DNA of 22,130 bases, from positions 1 through 22,130 of the forward strand of contig JBDRNJ010000037.1 of NCBI GenBank assembly GCA_043811375.1. Reading direction: 5' to 3'. Positions 19,801 through 22,130 of this stretch are shown one piece after another. The notes beneath the pieces were generated by a model. It had not been told where the DNA came from and did not search any database. It worked only from the letters and a program-made list of their open reading frames with translations. The position numbers and the translations under genes were made by a program. Position 1 is the first letter of the stretch; each line of letters begins with the position of its first letter. The DNA comes from a bacterium (GTDB lineage: Bacteria; Zixibacteria; MSB-5A5; GN15; FEB-12).

Positions 19801-20004
19801 GAAACCCATGTTACCCTGGAAATCTTCAATATCCTCGGACAGCAGGTCAGCACCCTGGTCGATGAAACACGATCCGCGGCAGCCTACGAGGTTGACTGGA
19901 ACGGTCGTGACAACCGGGGGCGTCCGCTTGCTTCCGGTGTCTACTTCTACCGTCTGAAAACCGGTGAGCAAACCGTTACCAGGAAGATGGTACTGCTGAG
20001 ATAG
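16831..20004 (+). CDS. 1057-aa secreted protein: uncharacterised N-terminal domain, fibronectin type III-like domains, alpha/beta domain, FlgD-Ig/T9SS type A-like C-terminal domain
   Basis: Signal peptide (ILLISAVITIGAATALPCLA). FN3-like PPTGLKL...VVSWD...VTGYNVY...LQPGRLYFVA and LTWTPS...VRYYRIYR. C-terminus LHHNYPNPFN...LEIFNILGQQV...ASGVYFYRL...RKMVLLR. Confidence 0.88.
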   Translation: MNRCPVILLISAVITIGAATALPCLAKGIDPAQSEPVSTLSQPATVRQSQTPAVVSRWPAAEATHSTSKISVEVGSYGLLQSLEFPPDSGGSYLWQAALWIGGVIGNDTLVSAAFFSEQDSGTYFYGYGREFYPPNLSCAVTPAYVGPGTAFRTHFVDTFTSGVPDLGMDYFRHSHIPLNLAVVQKSYSLDIHPYRSIVLLDFITTNIGHQTIEAATVGLLVDGDACGYDPAWYECYQDDLSGSLRDISTGYIIDNDGDPEYGRFQGNLSPLAGLGVRPVMVYPPVTDTNFNWFLSAFGVDFGPRQRGTPTEPFRDFQTGTIGNATGDINRHYVMSHSEWDYDQVFTAAIDSTDSVWLHPDPELARDISWGWDTRFLLSVGPVDLMPDSSMRAIFALFTGEFVHVDPTNRYNLQQGDYWQYYHNLHFDILRQTAQDAVDFANIMLDPMLPPTGLKLLSSAADTAVVSWDSYVLPEVTGYNVYLRPVPDSFIVGSGVAIPPTVPIDMGNRVFHFPAGRTQGVLRDLQPGRLYFVAATHVTGTGEGRLSVPIVAGYDNLQQVSPASEFAFFDGPDQPPTLTWTPSDNPAVRYYRIYRTLDPTEAVNRYQPFIADDSTLVEQGPTLCRQRNEATYCYYEMEPYDATVGNIGYYVDSDPVDGAVYWVSPVGPAGYPGPFSDLITAHQATVPTRDIVVILGATSQLHDYVYADSLVDYYSRLLEGFDYDIYNWYDTNLVPANCDSGYCVDWHDLTRYNVILVEEFPAPKILSPETEPVFKLLKKLFHLGRDIVYFGTPPGNMSVNLSSQADTIRYDSASFEATGLGLEFTLMKTWKDNYDQYGVRDTLAGFNRAEPAVDSLPRLTLDTIGNRLKPIMHHLFETDHCLPLTGAFSPGPEAQVLYRYGSRYPTTSELRDRPCGLLHDRGTTKAYVFSFHLWAIEETAARQLIEYVLQHRTPQLQPERPPERPLTTRLHHNYPNPFNDGTRIMFDLRHETHVTLEIFNILGQQVSTLVDETRSAAAYEVDWNGRDNRGRPLASGVYFYRLKTGEQTVTRKMVLLR

Positions 20005-20203
20005 CAGTGATATCTGGCGCTTGTCGGTCCAAGCGTCCTCTCGGTCAACCCATCGGGGTATGTTTTGTTAGAAAACTGTTAAAAAGAGACATTAAGAAAA
20101 TAGACTAAAAATTCTATGATTCCGTGGAGAGCTGATCGTTTAAGGTCTATCCAATCTCAATATGCGGAGACAGCAACCGGTGATGTGGATTTGCTTGGTG
20201 GAC

Positions 20204-20901
20204 TTATTGGCTTTGAAAACACCAGGTTGAAGGCTTAGAGATAGTGGTACCGTCATATAGTTCAACTGGGTCCGGGAGTTGGGATTCTTTAATCTGACTA
20301 AGCCTCAAATGCTTGTGGTGCTTCTGCGATACGATCATCCGCACATTACTCGGCAGTTTATATTTTTCATCAACAGGTGCATATACTTTAAGTCTAATCT
20401 GCGGAAAATCATCATTCATTTCTTTGAGCACAGGGACGAAGTCTGTATCGTTTGAGATCAGAATTATTTTCTGTACATCTTTTTGACTGGCTGCCTATAC
20501 ATCTTGACGCCAACAGCCACGTCAGTCTGCTTCTCTTCGTGAGTATAAAACCGCTGCCGAGTAGCCTGGAATGTTTCGTTAAAAAATGTCACACGCAACT
20601 TTCCTTTTGGATCCTTGATTAGACCGATCTTTTCTTTGTCGGCAAAAGTTCCCATATTGACATTTACACCACTGGCCTCAAGAGCCTTAACATACTTTGA
20701 ATGCCTCAGGACTTTATCACCATCCCAATATGCGTATGCTGAGAAGTAATCCACAGATACTATTTTATCAACGGGAGCGAGTAATTGTGAGAGCCGCATG
20801 TAATCAAGCCATAGAAGGCTGCGATCATTCTTAGCAATGAAGTGGTAAACGTTGAATCCGTCGATAAATACCGCAGTGTTTTTTGAGACTTGAATCGTCA
20901 C
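20204..20901 (-). pseudogene. NYN domain (LabA/DUF88, PIN-fold) RNase gene split by a single frameshift (pseudogene, sequencing error or programmed -1 shift)
   Basis: ORF 20901-20464 has AVFIDGFNVYH and EEKQTDV. The -1 frame, open from 20494, continues AASQKDVQKIILISNDTDFVPVLK (the NYN S-x-D-x-D-F motif) into ORF 20431-20204, ending SQLPD...KPSTW. The joined product is ~232 aa. Confidence 0.85.
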
Positions 20902-20919
20902 TGCACCTTTGAATCTGTC

Positions 20920-20950
20920 AAAAAAAGTGCCCGCTTTTTAGGGCGGGCGC
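20920..20950 (-). terminator. Intrinsic terminator in the leader of the NYN gene
   Basis: Minus strand GCGCCCGC-CCTAAAAA-GCGGGCAC-TTTTTTT: a 6-bp GC stem plus a flanking pair and 7 U, ending 18 nt before GTG 20901. Confidence 0.75.
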
Positions 20951-20982
20951 CCAAAGTCCGAAGACAATTGGGGATTATCTAC
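20920..20982 (-). ncRNA. Candidate ~60-nt small/leader RNA upstream of the NYN RNase
   Basis: Lies between the promoter (21015-20988) and the terminator. Contains the hairpin CCCAA-TT-GTC-TTCG-GAC-T-TTGGG (20972-20950) with a C(UUCG)G tetraloop. The 5' end is estimated from the -10 position. Confidence 0.5.
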
Positions 20983-20987
20983 CAATA

Positions 20988-21015
20988 AATATCGACTTTT
21001 ATACAAAATTGTCAA
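20988..21015 (-). promoter_or_regulatory. sigma70 promoter driving the leader RNA and NYN gene
   Basis: Minus strand perfect TTGACA (21015-21010), 16 nt, GATATT (20993-20988), with an A/T-rich tract upstream. Confidence 0.6.
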
Positions 21016-21279
21016 GGGAAAAATCAAGAAAACCCTTGACCCTCAAGGGATCATGGCACAGAATTGCAATTATGTTGCATCGGAGTGCAATCATCCTTGG
21101 TGAATTCTATCATCCTCCAATACTCCCTGTAACGTAGTATGTCGAAACGCATTTAACATCAGTTTCCACGCATATTTGTGTTTTGCGTATTAGTCTATGG
21201 TACTAATTGCTGATACGGGACTGGTGGCCCACATTTTTAGGCTTATTGAAAAAGTCCCGATACGATGTAATAGTACGGC

Positions 21280-21292
21280 AATCAAGGGGTTA
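21280..21292 (+). promoter_or_regulatory. IHF-consensus site
   Basis: AATCAAGGGGTTA matches WATCAANNNNTTR and lies 15 nt upstream of the -35 at 21308. Confidence 0.35.
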
Positions 21293-21307
21293 CAGCCTTG
21301 TTTTCCC

Positions 21308-21336
21308 TTGCATGGGGTATAAAAAAGGATTATCTT
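21308..21336 (+). promoter_or_regulatory. Putative sigma70 promoter of the DUF721-gyrB unit
   Basis: TTGCAT (21308-21313), 17 nt, TATCTT (21331-21336), 22 nt before TTG 21359. Confidence 0.55.
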
Positions 21337-21358
21337 AACACCCAAAGAAAGGGTAACA

Positions 21359-21703
21359 TTGAACTACACCAGTTGGCCGGTAAGGCGACACAAAAAATCC
21401 GTCAAAGCCCCCCAATCTGTCGGTGGCGTAATTGAAAAAGTGGTTAAATCACTCGGCATTTCCGGAAGTTACCACGGCTGGCTGATTGTTTCCAAATGGC
21501 CCGAGATTGTTGGAGAACGGGTCGCTGCCAGGTCCCGCGCACTGCGCTACAGCGAAGGCACGCTGTATGTAGCGGTGCCCGATGATACCTGGCGTCAGGA
21601 GTTGTCTATGGAACGGGAAGCAATCCTGCGCAAGATTCACAGTTATCCCTCCGGGCGTGTCGTCAAGGAATTACGGTTCGTTCAGGGTGAGAAAGGGTTA
21701 TAA
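21359..21703 (+). CDS. dciA: DUF721 / DciA-family protein (replicative helicase loader-like)
   Basis: [49 protein letters not shown]...ILRKI, VKELRF. It sits directly before gyrB, the usual position for DUF721. Confidence 0.8.
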   Translation: MNYTSWPVRRHKKSVKAPQSVGGVIEKVVKSLGISGSYHGWLIVSKWPEIVGERVAARSRALRYSEGTLYVAVPDDTWRQELSMEREAILRKIHSYPSGRVVKELRFVQGEKGL

Positions 21704-21711
21704 CAACAGCT

Positions 21712-22130
21712 ATGCCAACCGAAGTGGAGGAAATTACGAAAAAAACAGGCCCAGCCGTTCCGGATGAGATGAACGGCCATACTTATGACGCCACGACGAT
21801 TAAAGTCCTGGCCGGTCTGGAAGCAGTCCGGCGTCGTCCGGCGATGTATATCGGCGATGTCAGTCAGCGCGGTCTGCACCACCTGGTCTACGAGGTTGTC
21901 GACAACTCAATCGACGAAGCGATGGGCGGCTACTGTGACAAAATTGTAGTCGAGATCGGTAAAAATAACGAAGTCACCGTAACCGACAACGGGCGCGGTA
22001 TCCCGGTTGAGAAACATCCCGAACAGGGTGTCTCCGCTCTGCGGGTGGTCATGACCACCCTGCACGCCGGCGGCAAATTCGATCACCGCACCTACAAGGT
22101 ATCCGGCGGACTCCACGGTGTCGGGGTATC
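21712..22130 (+). CDS. gyrB: DNA gyrase subunit B, N-terminal ATPase part, truncated by the window end (absent from the ORF track)
   Basis: Manual translation from ATG 21712: ...[25 protein letters not shown]...[20 protein letters not shown]...[10 protein letters not shown]...[25 protein letters not shown]. The DUF721 neighbour favours gyrB over parE. Confidence 0.93.
   Translation, partial: MPTEVEEITKKTGPAVPDEMNGHTYDATTIKVLAGLEAVRRRPAMYIGDVSQRGLHHLVYEVVDNSIDEAMGGYCDKIVVEIGKNNEVTVTDNGRGIPVEKHPEQGVSALRVVMTTLHAGGKFDHRTYKVSGGLHGVGV

Noticed and set aside
20016..20037. Hairpin GGCGCTTG-TCGGTC-CAAGCGTC after the 1057-aa gene
   Set aside because: No U-tract on either strand, so it cannot be called a terminator.
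21054..21068. sigma54-like motif TGGCAC-AGAA-TTGCA
   Set aside because: The GG-to-GC spacing is 9 nt rather than the strictly required 10, and it lies far from the next plus-strand gene, which has a sigma70-type promoter.
20040..21300. Possible oriC near dciA/gyrB (AT-rich stretch at 20060-20120)
   Set aside because: I found no cluster of DnaA boxes (TTATCCACA). There are only isolated two-mismatch or intragenic matches, and no dnaA in the window.
1..22130. CRISPR array, tRNA or rRNA genes
   Set aside because: By eye I found no regularly spaced 25-45-nt direct repeats and no cloverleaf or rRNA signatures. The only periodicity is the intragenic protein repeat.

Overview
Bacterial chromosomal window, probably from an FCB-group lineage such as Zixibacteria (inferred from the secreted-protein architectures, not from a search). 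From left to right it holds: the 3' part and probable right end of an IS256-family element; a minus-strand run of a homocysteine S-methyltransferase, a cap-less corrinoid protein and an unusual ~825-aa alpha/alpha-toroid + class I SAM-methyltransferase fusion; a plus-strand operon of two exported amidohydrolase-fold proteins and an alanine/glycine:cation symporter; two divergently transcribed large secreted proteins with FlgD-Ig/T9SS-like C-termini, one built from ~14 Cys-rich repeats plus cohesin- and dockerin-like modules; an AT-richer island with a frameshifted NYN (LabA/DUF88, PIN-fold) RNase gene; and DUF721/DciA followed by the 5' part of gyrB. The best candidate for an undescribed system is the NYN module. 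It reads sigma70 promoter -> ~60-nt structured RNA (cUUCGg hairpin plus intrinsic terminator, with a mutually exclusive antiterminator fold) -> NYN RNase, the layout of an RNA-antitoxin (type III TA-like) or autoregulatory attenuator unit. The toroid-methyltransferase fusion is the second candidate.
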